Source: Gemmatimonadaceae bacterium
Lineage (GTDB): Bacteria > Gemmatimonadota > Gemmatimonadetes > Gemmatimonadales > Gemmatimonadaceae
NCBI GenBank assembly: GCA_033763905.1
Contig: JANRJP010000146.1
Coordinates: 1-42,184 of the forward strand
DNA: 42,184 nucleotides
Direction of reading: 5' to 3'
Shown: one piece after another, positions 1-10,799 of the stretch
How the letters are laid out: each line of letters starts with the position of its first letter
Numbering within the stretch: the first letter of the stretch is position 1
The notes under the pieces: generated by a model
What the model saw: the letters and a program-made list of their open reading frames with translations, nothing else
Database searches by the model: none
Told to the model about the DNA's origin: nothing
Made by a program: the position numbers and the translations under genes

Positions 1-531
1 CGTGGCGTAGATGTTTCCGATGCCCGCAATGCGACGTTGGTCCATAAGCACGGCCTTCACGGCCTGACGCGATGACCGAAGAATGCCCGAAAGACTGTCG
101 GCTGTGAAGACCTCGCCCAACGGCTCAACGCCGAGTGCGCGCTCGTACGCCGACCACTGCGCGTCGTTCAACAATGCCACCGTGCCCAGGCGCCGCACGT
201 CGCGGTAGGTCAGCGTTCGGCCGTCGCTCAACGGCCACACGATACAGGTAAACTCGTCGCCCAAAAACGCGCCTTTATGAATCAGCAACGCGCCAGTAAA
301 GCGTGGTTGTACCGCCAGCCGAAGCGCATTGCTGAGTTCAACTACGACGAGCTTGGCGCGCCGCCATACCCGAGTCACCGTCGCACCTTCGGAGCGAGCA
401 GCGAACGCCGCGGCATCGCGCTCGCCGCGCAGCACGTCGGGGCGAATGACCGTGGCGAGCCCAAGCCGGACGCCGCGCAGTGCGGCGTCCAGATCTCGGG
501 CGATCGTTTCGGTTTCGGGCAGCTCCGGCAC
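1..531 (-). CDS. mutM: Formamidopyrimidine-DNA glycosylase Fpg/MutM (3' end runs off the window)
   Basis: Not in the ORF track; translated by hand from GTG at 531: MPELPETETIARDL...WRRAKL...YRDVRRLG...LGVEPL...VKAVLMDQRRIAGIGNIYAT. This has the catalytic N-terminal PELPE and the H2TH motif. Confidence 0.93.
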   Translation of the reverse strand, partial: MPELPETETIARDLDAALRGVRLGLATVIRPDVLRGERDAAAFAARSEGATVTRVWRRAKLVVVELSNALRLAVQPRFTGALLIHKGAFLGDEFTCIVWPLSDGRTLTYRDVRRLGTVALLNDAQWSAYERALGVEPLGEVFTADSLSGILRSSRQAVKAVLMDQRRIAGIGNIYAT

Positions 532-572
532 GGCGTGGGGTCACCTCGCCCGGACACGCCGGGCGGCCAGGC

Positions 573-1859
573 TCAGTCGCGGTGCGGCGAGCGACCGAGT
601 TCGCGCCAACCGATATCGCGGCGGTAGAACGCGCCGTCAAAGGCCACCGCGCTTGCCCCGTCGCGGCTCAAGCGCTGCGCGGCCGCAAAGGTGCTGCCCA
701 GGCCCACCACGGTCAGCACGCGGCCGCCACTGGCCACCAACGCGCCGTCGGCACGTCGCGCCGTCCCCGCGTGGAAATGCAGCAGATCCTCGCGGTCCGT
801 CGGCACGGTGATCTCGCCGCCAGTGCGCGGCGTGTCGGGGTAGCCGGCAGCGGCCACCACGGTGCCCACGGCAGCCACGTCGTGCGTGCGCGGGAACGGC
901 ACGCCGGCGAGTGCATCGCCGCGCGCCACGGTGTGCAGCAACTCGCCGAGGTTCGCGCTGATCAACGGCAGGACGACCTGCGTTTCCGGATCGCCAAAGC
1001 GACAATTGAACTCCACCACCTTGGGACCGTCGGCGGTGAGCATCAGGCCCGCGTACAGCAGGCCGGTGAACGGCGTGCCGCGCGCGCGCATCTGGTGCAA
1101 CAGCGGATGCACGATCGAGTCCAGCGTGAGCCCCAGAATCTCTGGCGTCGCAATCGTCACCGGCGCGTACGCTCCCATCCCACCGGTGTTGGGGCCGGTG
1201 TCGCCTTCGCCGACGCGCTTGTGATCCTGCGCGGCGGGCAACGGCAACGCGTGCGTGCCATCGGTCACGAGAAAGAGCGACAGCTCCTCGCCCGACATAA
1301 ACGACTCGACCAAAATCTCGGCCCCGGCCGCGCCGAACTGCTGCCCGACGAGCATCGCGTCGATCGCGTCGTCGGCCTCGGCCACCGTGCTGGCGATGAT
1401 CACGCCCTTGCCCGCCGCGAGCCCGCTGGCCTTGATCACCACCGGCGCGCCGAGCGCACGCGCGGCGGCCTTTGCCGTCGCCGCATCGCGATGCGTGGTG
1501 GCAGTGGCCGTCGGCACACCGGCCGCCCGCATCACGTCCTTCGCGAAGGCCTTGGACGTTTCGAGCTGCGCCGCGTGTTGTGTCGGTCCAAACGCCGCGA
1601 GCCCCGCCGCGCGGAAACGATCCACGAGCCCCGCGGCGAGCGGCGCTTCGGGGCCCACCATCGTGAAGGCCACGCGCTCCTGCTCTGCGAGCGCCAAGAG
1701 CGCCGAGACGTCGTCGGCCTTGATCGGCACACAGCGCGCGATCGTCGCGATGCCCGGGTTGCCCGGGGCTGCAATCACCTCGGCCCCGGGGAAGTCACGG
1801 ACGAGCCGCCACGCCAGCGCGTGTTCGCGGCCGCCGCCGCCGACGAGCAGAATCTTCAT
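573..1859 (-). CDS. purD: Phosphoribosylamine--glycine ligase
   Basis: MKILLVGGGGREHALAW, APGNPG, GPEAPL, KASGLAAGKGV, QDHKR, GPNTGGMGAY, EFNCRFGDPETQ, SGGRVL motifs. Confidence 0.98.
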   Translation of the reverse strand: MKILLVGGGGREHALAWRLVRDFPGAEVIAAPGNPGIATIARCVPIKADDVSALLALAEQERVAFTMVGPEAPLAAGLVDRFRAAGLAAFGPTQHAAQLETSKAFAKDVMRAAGVPTATATTHRDAATAKAAARALGAPVVIKASGLAAGKGVIIASTVAEADDAIDAMLVGQQFGAAGAEILVESFMSGEELSLFLVTDGTHALPLPAAQDHKRVGEGDTGPNTGGMGAYAPVTIATPEILGLTLDSIVHPLLHQMRARGTPFTGLLYAGLMLTADGPKVVEFNCRFGDPETQVVLPLISANLGELLHTVARGDALAGVPFPRTHDVAAVGTVVAAAGYPDTPRTGGEITVPTDREDLLHFHAGTARRADGALVASGGRVLTVVGLGSTFAAAQRLSRDGASAVAFDGAFYRRDIGWRELGRSPHRD

Positions 1860-2827
1860 TGGCCGCCGGAAGCGCCGCGGAAGGCGTCTTCGAAGGCCCG
1901 CTTCGCACGGTCGATCGTGTCGGTCACGCCGGACATCGCGCTCTTGAACTGGTCGCCGTAGTAGTCGGCCGCCTCGGACACGTCATTCTCGAGCGGCGGC
2001 TTGGGATCGCTGCGCTTGATGTACGTGCCGTCGAGAATTGCGGGATACGCCGGCCCCTGCGCCCAGCGCTGGAGTTCGGCCGCGCGAATCGTCGCGAACG
2101 GGTGATCGCGGAACACGGTGTTGAGCGCCTTGAGCACCGAGTCCCACGCGGTGCCGCCCGTCTCGTACTCGGCCGCCTGCGCGAGGAAGGTGTTGATGTC
2201 GATCGTGTCGTCGCCTGCGCCACCGCCGGCGAACTTGAGCATCGTGCCCGCCGCCGGCGTGAGATCCTGCACGCCGAGCAAGCCCGCGCGATCGGCCGAG
2301 AACTCGGCCTTGCGATACCACTCGAGCAAGGCCAGTTGGAACGGCAGCAGCGCGATGCCCGCGAGGAACGGCAGGCCGCCAATGCCGACCTGCAGCAGCA
2401 GCTGCGCCAGCGTGGTGTAGGTCGTGTGGCCGCTGAGCACGTGACCAATTTCGTGCGCCAAGACGAAGCGTTGTTCTTCGCGATCGAGCAGCGCCAGCGT
2501 GCCCGAATTGATCACGATGAACGGCCGCTCGAGTCCCACCGCCAGCGCGTTCGCGTAGGGCGTCTGGGTCACGTAGAGGTCCGGGCGATCTTTCACGTCG
2601 AAGGTCGCCAGGACTTCGGTGTACAGCGCGTCGAGCTTCGGGCGCTGCGTCGGCCCCACCCGCACCGCATTGGCGAGGAAGAAGTTCCGGACCCCGCGTT
2701 CGCCGAAGAATCCGACCACGCGACGCACGACATCATCGAACCCCGGCAGCGCGCGCATCGCGTTCAGCGCGGCGCGGTCGGCGGGGTGTTCCCAGCTGCG
2801 GGAGTCAATCTCGGGGAAGGTGCGCAT
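1856..2827 (-). CDS. M48 (Ste24/HtpX-like) zinc metallopeptidase
   Basis: HEIGH zinc motif, RKAEFSADRAG third-ligand motif, DHP motif; stop overlaps the purD start (ATGA). Confidence 0.88.
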   Translation of the reverse strand: MRTFPEIDSRSWEHPADRAALNAMRALPGFDDVVRRVVGFFGERGVRNFFLANAVRVGPTQRPKLDALYTEVLATFDVKDRPDLYVTQTPYANALAVGLERPFIVINSGTLALLDREEQRFVLAHEIGHVLSGHTTYTTLAQLLLQVGIGGLPFLAGIALLPFQLALLEWYRKAEFSADRAGLLGVQDLTPAAGTMLKFAGGGAGDDTIDINTFLAQAAEYETGGTAWDSVLKALNTVFRDHPFATIRAAELQRWAQGPAYPAILDGTYIKRSDPKPPLENDVSEAADYYGDQFKSAMSGVTDTIDRAKRAFEDAFRGASGGQ

Positions 2828-2861
2828 CTGCTCTCGGGGTCGGGGTCCTGCTTCCTACGAC

Positions 2862-2893
2862 GGTGGGGCGGCGGGTGTTTCCGCCGTCCCACC
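2862..2893. terminator. GC-rich stem-loop between the cystathionine lyase and M48 genes
   Basis: GGTGGGGCGGCGG-gtgttt-CCGCCGTCCCACC; 13-bp stem with one non-WC pair, no clear U tract. Confidence 0.45.
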
Positions 2894-2906
2894 CCTTGGG
2901 CGGCGG

Positions 2907-4076
2907 TCAGACGCCGTCGAAGGCCTGCTCGAGGTCCGCCAACAGGTCGGTCACGTCTTCGACGCCCACCGACAGCCGGATCAGACCGTCCGAAATGCCC
3001 ATCCGCGCTTTGCGTTCCGCCGGCACGCTGGCGTGGGTCATCGACGCGGGATGCGAAATGAGCGACTCGACCCCACCGAGCGACTCGGCGAGCGAGAACA
3101 CCTTCACCCGGTCCAGCACCTGCTTGGCGCGCGCCTTGGTGCCGAGTTCGACCGAGATCATCCCGCTGAAGGCCTTCATCTGCTTGCGCGCCAACTCGTG
3201 CTGCGGGTGCGTCGGCAACGACGGACAAATCACCGCCGCTGGCCCCAAGCGGCCTACGAGCCAGTCGGCAATCACCCGCCCGTTTTCGTCGTGACGCGGC
3301 ATCCGCAGGTGCAGCGTCTTGGTCCCCCGCAGCGCGAGCCAGCTGTCGAAGGGGCCGGGCACTGCGCCAGCCGCGTTCTGGATGAACTGCAAGCGCTCGG
3401 CAAGCCCGTCATCCTTCACGACCGCGATGCCGCCGATCATATCGCTGTGGCCGTTCAAGTACTTGGTGGTGCTGTGATACACGATGTCCGCGCCGTACTC
3501 GAAGGGGCGCTGAAAGAACGGCGTCGCGAAGGTGTTGTCGACGATCAGGATCGCGCCCGCGCCGTGGGCCACCTCGGCCATCGCGGCCAGATCGGTGATC
3601 CACATCATCGGGTTCGACGGCGTTTCGACGACGATCGCCACCGTTCGCGCCGTGACGGCCGCCTTCACATTCGCCGCGTCCCGCGTATCGACGAACGAGA
3701 ACGACAGCCCCATATGCTGCAGGATGCGGTCGAACAGACGGAACGTCCCGCCATACACGTTCTCGGCGCAGATGATATGATCGCCGGCCTTGAACAGCTT
3801 CATCATGCTGTCCATCGTGGCCACTCCGCTGGCGAAGGCGAAGCCGTGGTTGCCTCCTTCGAGGGTGGCGACGTTGCGCTCCAGGGCTTCGCGGGTGGGA
3901 TTCTTCCCGCGAGCGTACTCGTACCCCTTGTGGACCCCCATTTCCTCCTGCACGTACGTGGAGGTGAGGTACACCGGGGTCATAATCGCGCCGGCGAGGG
4001 GTTCCGGCCGCTGGCCGGCGTGGATGGCCCGGGTGCCGAAACCGGCGCCGGTGTCGTCCGAGTAGATGCGCGTCAC
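2907..4076 (-). CDS. PLP-dependent trans-sulfuration enzyme (cystathionine gamma-lyase/gamma-synthase family)
   Basis: PVYLTSTY, YEYARGKNPTR, ETPSNP, DNTFATP, STTKYLNGHSD (PLP lysine), AESLGGVESL, RLSVGVED. MetB versus MccB/CGL cannot be resolved by eye. Confidence 0.92.
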   Translation of the reverse strand: MTRIYSDDTGAGFGTRAIHAGQRPEPLAGAIMTPVYLTSTYVQEEMGVHKGYEYARGKNPTREALERNVATLEGGNHGFAFASGVATMDSMMKLFKAGDHIICAENVYGGTFRLFDRILQHMGLSFSFVDTRDAANVKAAVTARTVAIVVETPSNPMMWITDLAAMAEVAHGAGAILIVDNTFATPFFQRPFEYGADIVYHSTTKYLNGHSDMIGGIAVVKDDGLAERLQFIQNAAGAVPGPFDSWLALRGTKTLHLRMPRHDENGRVIADWLVGRLGPAAVICPSLPTHPQHELARKQMKAFSGMISVELGTKARAKQVLDRVKVFSLAESLGGVESLISHPASMTHASVPAERKARMGISDGLIRLSVGVEDVTDLLADLEQAFDGV

Positions 4077-4172
4077 GTGATCGACCGATACTCTGAAGGG
4101 GAAGCAGAAAGGTAACGGCCCGGCGGGCCTCGGCGACGTTGCCGTCGGACACGGGATACGGGAGGATTTCGG

Positions 4173-5240
4173 GTGTCGAACGCGAACGAGACGGGGGGAG
4201 CCCCGCGCTGCCTAGTGGTGGACGATGAAGTCCGCCTGCGCCAGGTACTGCGGCGCATTATGGAGGCCGACGGCTTCGTCACGCGGGAAGCGGCGACGGG
4301 TCGCGAGGCGCTCACCGCGCTCGACACCGAGCCGGCCGATCTCGTCCTGAGCGATCTCCGGATGCCCGAAATGGACGGCATCGCGCTGCTCAAGGAGCTG
4401 CGTGCGCGCCATCCCGATACCGCCGTGGTGCTGATTACCGCCGTCGCCGACGTCGAAGTCGCGATGAGCTGCCTCGCGTTGGGCGCGATGGACTACCTGA
4501 CGAAGCCGTTCCACCTGGAAGAGGTGCGCGCCCGCGTCGGGCAGGCGATGGAGCGCCGTCGCCTGGTGCTCGAGAACCGCGACTACCAGTTGCATCTCGA
4601 AGTGCGCGTTGCCGAGCAGGCGCGGCGGCTCGAGGAAGTCTTTCTCGCCGGCGTGCAGTCCGTCGCCGAGGCGCTCGACGCGAAGGACTCGTACACCCGC
4701 GGTCACTCGGTGCGCGTGGCGCAGTACGCCACGGTGATCGCCCGCACGATGGGGCTCGACGAGCGCACCGTCGGGCAGATCGAGCTCGGCGGGCACGTGC
4801 ACGATATCGGCAAGATCGGCGTGCGCGAGTCGGTGCTGCACAAGGCCGGACAGCTCACCGATGAAGAGTACGAGCACATCATGACGCACACGGTCGTCGG
4901 GTGGCGCATTCTCTCGCCGCTACTGCGCGACAACCCAACGGCGCTCACCGTCGTGCGTTCGCACCACGAGCGCTGGGATGGTCGCGGGCTGCCGGACGGC
5001 CTGGCGGGGAACGAGATCCCGCTCGCGGCCCGCATCGCGGCGGTGGCCGATACCTTCGACGCGATGACCTCGAGCCGCCCGTATCGGCCCGCGCGCACGT
5101 TCGAGGATGCGCTCGCCGAGGTCGTGGCGCACGCCGGCCTGCAGTTCGATCCGCAGGTGGTGGACGCGTTCCGCTCGGCGGTGGACGAGCGTCGCCTCGT
5201 GTTGCTCCAGGCCGAAGCGGTCGCCGCTCGCTTGGCCTGA
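4173..5240 (+). CDS. Response regulator with HD-GYP-family phosphodiesterase domain (RpfG-like)
   Basis: Receiver: VDD, LSDLRMP, ITA, LTKPF. Output domain: YTRGHS, HDIGKIG, HHERWDGRGLPDG, ADTFDAMTSSRPYR. GGAGG lies upstream of the GTG. Confidence 0.92.
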   Translation: MSNANETGGAPRCLVVDDEVRLRQVLRRIMEADGFVTREAATGREALTALDTEPADLVLSDLRMPEMDGIALLKELRARHPDTAVVLITAVADVEVAMSCLALGAMDYLTKPFHLEEVRARVGQAMERRRLVLENRDYQLHLEVRVAEQARRLEEVFLAGVQSVAEALDAKDSYTRGHSVRVAQYATVIARTMGLDERTVGQIELGGHVHDIGKIGVRESVLHKAGQLTDEEYEHIMTHTVVGWRILSPLLRDNPTALTVVRSHHERWDGRGLPDGLAGNEIPLAARIAAVADTFDAMTSSRPYRPARTFEDALAEVVAHAGLQFDPQVVDAFRSAVDERRLVLLQAEAVAARLA

Positions 5241-5261
5241 CCGGCACGGCCGGCGGACGGC

Positions 5262-7001
5262 CTAGAGTTCGAACCGCGTCAGGGCCTGCTTGAGGCGATT
5301 CGCGATGTTCGACAGGTGCTGACTGCTCTCGGTCACCTGGCCCATACTGGCGCTCTGTTCCTCGACCACCGCGCTGACTTCCTCGCTGGTACCGGCGTTG
5401 GACTGGGCGCTGGCCGAAATCGCGTCCATCGATTGCACGAGCTGCGTGGCCTCCTGCAGCTGTTCGCCGGCGGTGGCCACGATGCGCGCGACGGCCTCGC
5501 GGCTGCTGCGCATCTCGTCGCCGATGCCGCTGAGGACCGTGGCCGACGCGCGAATGACCCGCTCACCGGCCGCCACGCGGTCGGCCATCGTTTCGATGCT
5601 CTCACCGGTGGTCTGCGCGGCCTCGCGAATCTCGGCGGCGAGCGCCCGAATCTGCTCCAGCGCCTTCGCGCTCTCGGAGGCGAGCTTGCGCACCTCGTCG
5701 GCGACCACCGCGAAGCCCTTGCCGTGTTCGCCAGCGCGCGCCGCTTCAATGGACGCATTGAGCGCGAGCAGATTCGTCTGCTTCGCGATGGCCCCGATCG
5801 ACTCGGTGATCTTGCCGATGCGCCGCGACTTGTCGGCGAGCGCGTTGACCGCCGGCACGGCGTACTGGGTGACCTCGGCGATGGCGGCCATCGACGCCAA
5901 CGCCTGCTCGGCGTTCGTCGAGCCGCGGCCGGCGGAGGCCGCCACGCGGTCGGCGGTGTCGAGTGCGGCTTGGGCGTTGGCGGCGTTCGCCTTGGCGCGG
6001 TCGGCCACCCGTTGCGACGCCTGCGCGATCGACACGATACCGGCCGTCTGCGCCGCCGCGGAGGCCGCAATGCTCGACGCGGCGCTGGCCACTTCCTCGG
6101 TCGACGCCATCATCTGCTCGGCGCCGGCCGCGAGCTCCTCGGCCGTCGCGGCGACTTCACTCGCGCCGGTTTCGATTTCCCGCAGCAGGGTGCGGAGGCC
6201 GGCCGTCATCCGACGGAATGATTCCGCGAGCGCGCCGACCTCGTCATCGGCGACGTACTGCAGATCGCGCCGCAGCGAACCGGCCGCCACGCCTTCGGCG
6301 TGCCGCGCCACGGCTTCAATGCCGCGCGTCAGGCGCGAGGCGACGAAGAACGACAGGAGCACGGCCAGGAGCAGCAACACCGGCAGAAACGCCGCAAAGC
6401 GCAGCACCTGCGCCTGCACTTCACCAAGGAACGCATCGGCGCGCAGCGTGGTCACCACGAAGCCGGCCGGCGCGCCTTCGCGTCGCGACACCGGCGCGAC
6501 CGCGGTGATGCGCTGGCCATTGGGCGCCGCGTAGATCTCGGAGACCCCGGCGGCGTTGCGCCCGAGCGAGTCCGCCAAGCCCGGGGGTGGCGTCCACGCC
6601 ACCGCGTACTCGTCGCGACCCGCCGGCCACTGCGAATGCGCGATCACGCGAAACCCGGCACCCTCGCGGCGCACGACAAACACGCCGTCCGCCAAGTCGT
6701 CGACGCTCCCGCCGTTCGCGGCCCACACACGCCGGAGCGTACCGCGAATTGCCTCGAACATATCCGGCGTGTTGCCCTCGGCGGCCAGGTCCACGACGGA
6801 CGGGTCGAGCACGGCCGCGGCGGAGCGGGCGACCGCCGACAGTCGCTGGCCCTGCAGGCCGGTGAGATCGCGGCGGGTCTGCAGGTAGACCGGGATCAGC
6901 AGCACCAGCACGGTGGCCAGCACTGCCGCGCTGGTCGTGGCGGCGAGCTTCCAGCGGAAGGGCAGGGCGGCGCTGCGGCGAACGTTCGGGTCGTCGGTCA
7001 C
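5262..7001 (-). CDS. Methyl-accepting chemotaxis protein (TM-sensor-TM-HAMP-MA)
   Basis: [37 protein letters not shown] hairpin tip, [14 protein letters not shown], two hydrophobic helices. Start set to GTG 7001 because the track's 7124 start overlaps glmM. Confidence 0.9.
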   Translation of the reverse strand: MTDDPNVRRSAALPFRWKLAATTSAAVLATVLVLLIPVYLQTRRDLTGLQGQRLSAVARSAAAVLDPSVVDLAAEGNTPDMFEAIRGTLRRVWAANGGSVDDLADGVFVVRREGAGFRVIAHSQWPAGRDEYAVAWTPPPGLADSLGRNAAGVSEIYAAPNGQRITAVAPVSRREGAPAGFVVTTLRADAFLGEVQAQVLRFAAFLPVLLLLAVLLSFFVASRLTRGIEAVARHAEGVAAGSLRRDLQYVADDEVGALAESFRRMTAGLRTLLREIETGASEVAATAEELAAGAEQMMASTEEVASAASSIAASAAAQTAGIVSIAQASQRVADRAKANAANAQAALDTADRVAASAGRGSTNAEQALASMAAIAEVTQYAVPAVNALADKSRRIGKITESIGAIAKQTNLLALNASIEAARAGEHGKGFAVVADEVRKLASESAKALEQIRALAAEIREAAQTTGESIETMADRVAAGERVIRASATVLSGIGDEMRSSREAVARIVATAGEQLQEATQLVQSMDAISASAQSNAGTSEEVSAVVEEQSASMGQVTESSQHLSNIANRLKQALTRFEL

Positions 7002-7063
7002 GATCGGGCGGAAGTCATTGCGGCTCGGGAAACGTACCGGTGCCACGGGGGGAGGCAAGCCGC

Positions 7064-7075
7064 GCAAACGATTGC
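7064..7075. promoter_or_regulatory. Candidate LacI-family operator in the divergent MCP/glmM promoter
   Basis: GCAA-A-CG-A-TTGC pseudo-palindrome with central CG; overlaps a putative -35 TTGCAT (7072-7077), with -10 TAGCTT at 7094-7099. Confidence 0.4.
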
Positions 7076-7109
7076 ATCCCAAGGGGTTCACTCTAGCTTT
7101 CGCGGTCTG

Positions 7110-8483
7110 ATGAGTACGAGTCAACTAATGGTCAGCGTCTCCGGCATCCGGGGACGCGTCGGGGCAGGGCTGACCCCCGAAGTCGTCGCCACCTACGCCG
7201 CCGGGTTCGGCGCGTGGTCCATCGCCCGGTCGTCGTCACGCGATATCGTCGTCGGTCGCGACAGTCGTGTCTCGGGGCCACTGTTTCACCGCATCGTGCT
7301 CTCGGCGCTGGAGTCGGTCGGGTGCCGGGTCATCGACATCGGGATGGCGCCCACCCCGACGGTGCAGTTGGCGGTGGAGCATCACCACGCGGCTGGCGGG
7401 CTGGCGATCACCGCCTCGCACAACCCGGTCGAGTGGAACGCGCTCAAGTTCATCGGCTCGAGCGGCCTGTTTCTTGACGGCGACGAAGCGGCCGCGATGC
7501 GGGCGTTCACCGACGCCGGCATTCCGCGCGCCGCGTGGGACGCGCTGGGCGATGTCCGCCAGGACAGCGACGCGGTGTCGCGGCATCTGGCGGCCGTGCT
7601 CGCGCTGCCCTACGTCGACGTGCCGCGGATTCGCGCGCGCAAGTTCCGCGTGGTGCTCGACACCTGCCGCGGTGCGGGCTCGGTCATCATGCCGCAGCTC
7701 CTCGACGCGCTGGGATGTGAGGTGCGTCACCTCGAGCCCGAGCCCGACGGACGCTTTCCGCGCAGCCCCGAGCCGATCGCCGAGAATTTGGGCGCGCTCG
7801 AGGCCGCGGTGCGGGAGTTCAAGGCCGACGTCGGCATTGCCACGGACCCGGACGTGGATCGGCTGGCCATCGTGTCCGACGCCGGTCGCGCGATCGGCGA
7901 GGATCTGACCCTCGCGCTGGCCGCTCGCTTGGTGTTGCGTACGACCCCCGGTGTGGTGGTGACGAACCTCTCCACGAGCCGGATTCTGGACGATGTCGCC
8001 GAGGCGGCGGGGCAGCGGGTGGAGCGGGCGCCGGTCGGCGAGGTGAACGTCGCGGTGGCGATGCGTCGCTTGCAGTCCCCGATCGGCGGCGAAGGCAACG
8101 GCGGTGTGATCCTGCCCGCGCTGCACTTGGGGCGGGACGGCCCGGTTGCGGCGGCGTTGCTCCTGCAATTGCTGGTCGAGGACGGCACTCCGCTGTCGGC
8201 GATCGTGGCGTCGTTGCCGAAGTACGCGATCGTGAAGGACAAGCTCGACCGCCCCTCGAAGCCGCTGACGGCGGTGTACGAGGCCCTGACGGCGGCGTTC
8301 GCCGGCGCCGAGGTGGACCTGCAGGATGGCCTGCGTCTTGCATGGCCTGATCGTTGGTTGCACGTCCGGCCGAGCGGCACCGAGCCGATCGTCCGTGTGA
8401 TCGCGGAGGCGCCGACTGACGCCGACGCGAGGGCCCTCGTGGCCCGCGCCCGTGAGCCGCTCGACGCGCTCGCGGCCACCTGA
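7110..8483 (+). CDS. glmM: Phosphoglucosamine mutase (alpha-D-phosphohexomutase family)
   Basis: [22 protein letters not shown] (phosphoserine), DPDVDR metal loop, GGEGNGG, RPSGTEP; directly upstream of glmS. Real start is ATG 7110 inside the track ORF 6300..8483. Confidence 0.88.
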   Translation: MSTSQLMVSVSGIRGRVGAGLTPEVVATYAAGFGAWSIARSSSRDIVVGRDSRVSGPLFHRIVLSALESVGCRVIDIGMAPTPTVQLAVEHHHAAGGLAITASHNPVEWNALKFIGSSGLFLDGDEAAAMRAFTDAGIPRAAWDALGDVRQDSDAVSRHLAAVLALPYVDVPRIRARKFRVVLDTCRGAGSVIMPQLLDALGCEVRHLEPEPDGRFPRSPEPIAENLGALEAAVREFKADVGIATDPDVDRLAIVSDAGRAIGEDLTLALAARLVLRTTPGVVVTNLSTSRILDDVAEAAGQRVERAPVGEVNVAVAMRRLQSPIGGEGNGGVILPALHLGRDGPVAAALLLQLLVEDGTPLSAIVASLPKYAIVKDKLDRPSKPLTAVYEALTAAFAGAEVDLQDGLRLAWPDRWLHVRPSGTEPIVRVIAEAPTDADARALVARAREPLDALAAT

Positions 8484-8509
8484 AGCAGACTCCGTACCCC
8501 TCCTCGCTT

Positions 8510-10336
8510 ATGTGCGGCATTGTCGGATACGTCGGCCCCCGGAACTCCACCCCGATGCTCGTCGAGGGGCTCAAGCGCCTCGAGTATCGCGGCTACGACT
8601 CGGCCGGCGTGGCCGTGATGAATGGCCACGGCCTCGAAACGCGTCGTGCGGAAGGCAAGATCGCGCGCCTGGAAGCGGTGCTGCACGGCAAGCCGGCGGA
8701 CGGTGGGCTGGGGATCGGCCACACCCGCTGGGCCACGCACGGACCGCCGGCCGAGCGCAACGCGCATCCGCACCTCAGCAACGACGGCACGATCGCGCTG
8801 GTGCACAACGGCATCATCGAGAACTACGCCGAGCTCAAGCAGTCGCTCAAGGCGCAGGGCTACGTCTTCCATAGCGACACCGACACCGAGGTCCTCACCA
8901 ACCTCGTGCAGGAGCTCTTCCGCACGACGCTCGAAGACGCCGTTCTGGCGGCCCTCGAGAAGGTGGAAGGGACCTACGGCATCGCCGTCATCTCCACGCG
9001 TGACGACGGCAAGATCGTCGCGGCGCGCAAGGGGAGTCCGCTGCTCGTCGGGCTGGGCGAGGGCGAACACTTCGTCGCGTCGGACGCGTCGGCCATTCTC
9101 GCGCACACCCGGGAAGTCGTCTATATGAACGACGGCGACATCGCCGTCGTCACCAAGGATGGCTACCGCGTGTTCGATATGAAGGCGACGACGCTCGAGC
9201 GCCCGGTGTCGAAGATCGACTGGGAGCTCGCGCAGATCGAGCGCGGCGGCTACGACCACTTCATGCTCAAGGAGATCTTCGAGCAGCCGACGACGCTCGA
9301 GAACACGATGCGCGGCCGCGTCGTGCTCGAGGACGGCATGTCGAAGCTCGGCGGCATCAACTTGTCGCACGACGAGCTGCTCGCGATCGACAACGTCATC
9401 ATCACCGCCTGCGGTACGTCGTGGCACTCGGCCCTGATCGGCGAGATGCTGATCGAGGACCTCGCGCGTATCCCGGTGGAAGTCGAGTACGCGTCGGAGT
9501 TCCGCTACCGGAATCCGATCGTCACGCCGAATACGCTGTGCATCGTCATCTCGCAGTCCGGCGAGACGGCCGATACGCTCGCCGCGATGCGCGAAGCGAA
9601 GCGTCGCGGGGCGAAGACCTTGGGTCTGGTCAACGTGGTCGGCTCGACGATTGCGCGCGAAGACGACGGCGGCATCTATCTCCACGCCGGTCCGGAAATC
9701 GGCGTCGCGTCCACCAAGGCCTTCACGAGCCAGGTCGTGGCGCTCGCACTCCTGGCGCTCAAGATGGGCCGCAAGCGTCAGCTGTCGACGATCCGGGGTC
9801 GCGAGATCGCGCAGGCGCTGCTCGACCTGCCGGCGCAGGTGAAGCAGATCCTGGCGCAGGCCAAGCAGATCGAGGCGTTGGCCGAGATCTACAAGGACTC
9901 GACGAATTTCCTGTACCTCGGGCGCGGCTACAACTTCCCGACCGCGCTCGAGGGCGCGCTCAAGCTCAAGGAAATCAGCTACATCCACGCCGAGGGATAC
10001 CCCGCGGCCGAGATGAAGCACGGGCCGATCGCGCTGATCGACCAGAATATGCCGGTGGTGTTCATCGCGCCGCACGATGCGGTGTTCGACAAGGTCGTGT
10101 CGAACATCCAGGAGGTGAAGGCGCGCGCGGGACGCATCATCTGCATCACCTCGCGCGAGGAGCATCAGCTCGAGGGGCTCGTCGATCACGAGATCCGCAT
10201 TCCGCCCACGCTCGATCTGCTCTCTCCCGTCCTGGCGTCGATCCCGCTGCAGCTGCTGGCCTACTACATCGCGGTCAAGCGCGGCGCGAACGTCGACCAG
10301 CCGCGCAACCTGGCCAAGTCGGTCACGGTCGAGTAA
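8510..10336 (+). CDS. glmS: Glutamine--fructose-6-phosphate aminotransferase
   Basis: MCGIVGY Ntn cysteine, [47 protein letters not shown]. Confidence 0.99.
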   Translation: MCGIVGYVGPRNSTPMLVEGLKRLEYRGYDSAGVAVMNGHGLETRRAEGKIARLEAVLHGKPADGGLGIGHTRWATHGPPAERNAHPHLSNDGTIALVHNGIIENYAELKQSLKAQGYVFHSDTDTEVLTNLVQELFRTTLEDAVLAALEKVEGTYGIAVISTRDDGKIVAARKGSPLLVGLGEGEHFVASDASAILAHTREVVYMNDGDIAVVTKDGYRVFDMKATTLERPVSKIDWELAQIERGGYDHFMLKEIFEQPTTLENTMRGRVVLEDGMSKLGGINLSHDELLAIDNVIITACGTSWHSALIGEMLIEDLARIPVEVEYASEFRYRNPIVTPNTLCIVISQSGETADTLAAMREAKRRGAKTLGLVNVVGSTIAREDDGGIYLHAGPEIGVASTKAFTSQVVALALLALKMGRKRQLSTIRGREIAQALLDLPAQVKQILAQAKQIEALAEIYKDSTNFLYLGRGYNFPTALEGALKLKEISYIHAEGYPAAEMKHGPIALIDQNMPVVFIAPHDAVFDKVVSNIQEVKARAGRIICITSREEHQLEGLVDHEIRIPPTLDLLSPVLASIPLQLLAYYIAVKRGANVDQPRNLAKSVTVE

Positions 10337-10346
10337 GGCCGGCGCG

Positions 10347-10799
10347 GTGCGGGTCCTGCTACAGCGCGTCAGCCGCGCCGAGGTGCGGATCCGTGCCGAC
10401 GACGGCACGGTGAAGTCGAACGGAACGATCGGTCGCGGCTTCGTGCTGCTCGTCGGCTTCACCCACACCGATGGCCCCGAGGCCGTGGCGTGGATGGCCG
10501 AGAAAATCGCGGGGCTGCGACTCTTCGCCGATGCCGACGACAAGATGAACCTGGCGCTTGGCGATGTCGGCGGGGCCCTGCTGGTCGTGTCGCAGTTCAC
10601 GCTCTACGGCGACGCGCAGAAGGGGCGTCGCCCGTCGTTCATCGAGTCGGCGCGCCCCGACGTGGCCCAGCCGCTCTACGACGCGTTCGTCGCGCGGCTG
10701 CGCGCCGCGGGATTGCCGGTCGAAACCGGCGTGTTCGGCGCAATGATGGATGTCGAACTCGTCAACGACGGTCCGGTCACCCTCTGGCTCGAGAAATAG
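10347..10799 (+). CDS. dtd: D-aminoacyl-tRNA deacylase
   Basis: [34 protein letters not shown] (Gly-cisPro). Confidence 0.97.
   Translation: MRVLLQRVSRAEVRIRADDGTVKSNGTIGRGFVLLVGFTHTDGPEAVAWMAEKIAGLRLFADADDKMNLALGDVGGALLVVSQFTLYGDAQKGRRPSFIESARPDVAQPLYDAFVARLRAAGLPVETGVFGAMMDVELVNDGPVTLWLEK

Noticed and set aside
4077..4172. SAM riboswitch or T-box before the trans-sulfuration gene
   Set aside because: The 96-bp divergent region shows no recognisable SAM-I/II or T-box core by eye; an Rfam scan would be definitive.
8484..8509. glmS ribozyme
   Set aside because: Only 26 bp separate glmM and glmS, too little for the ribozyme.
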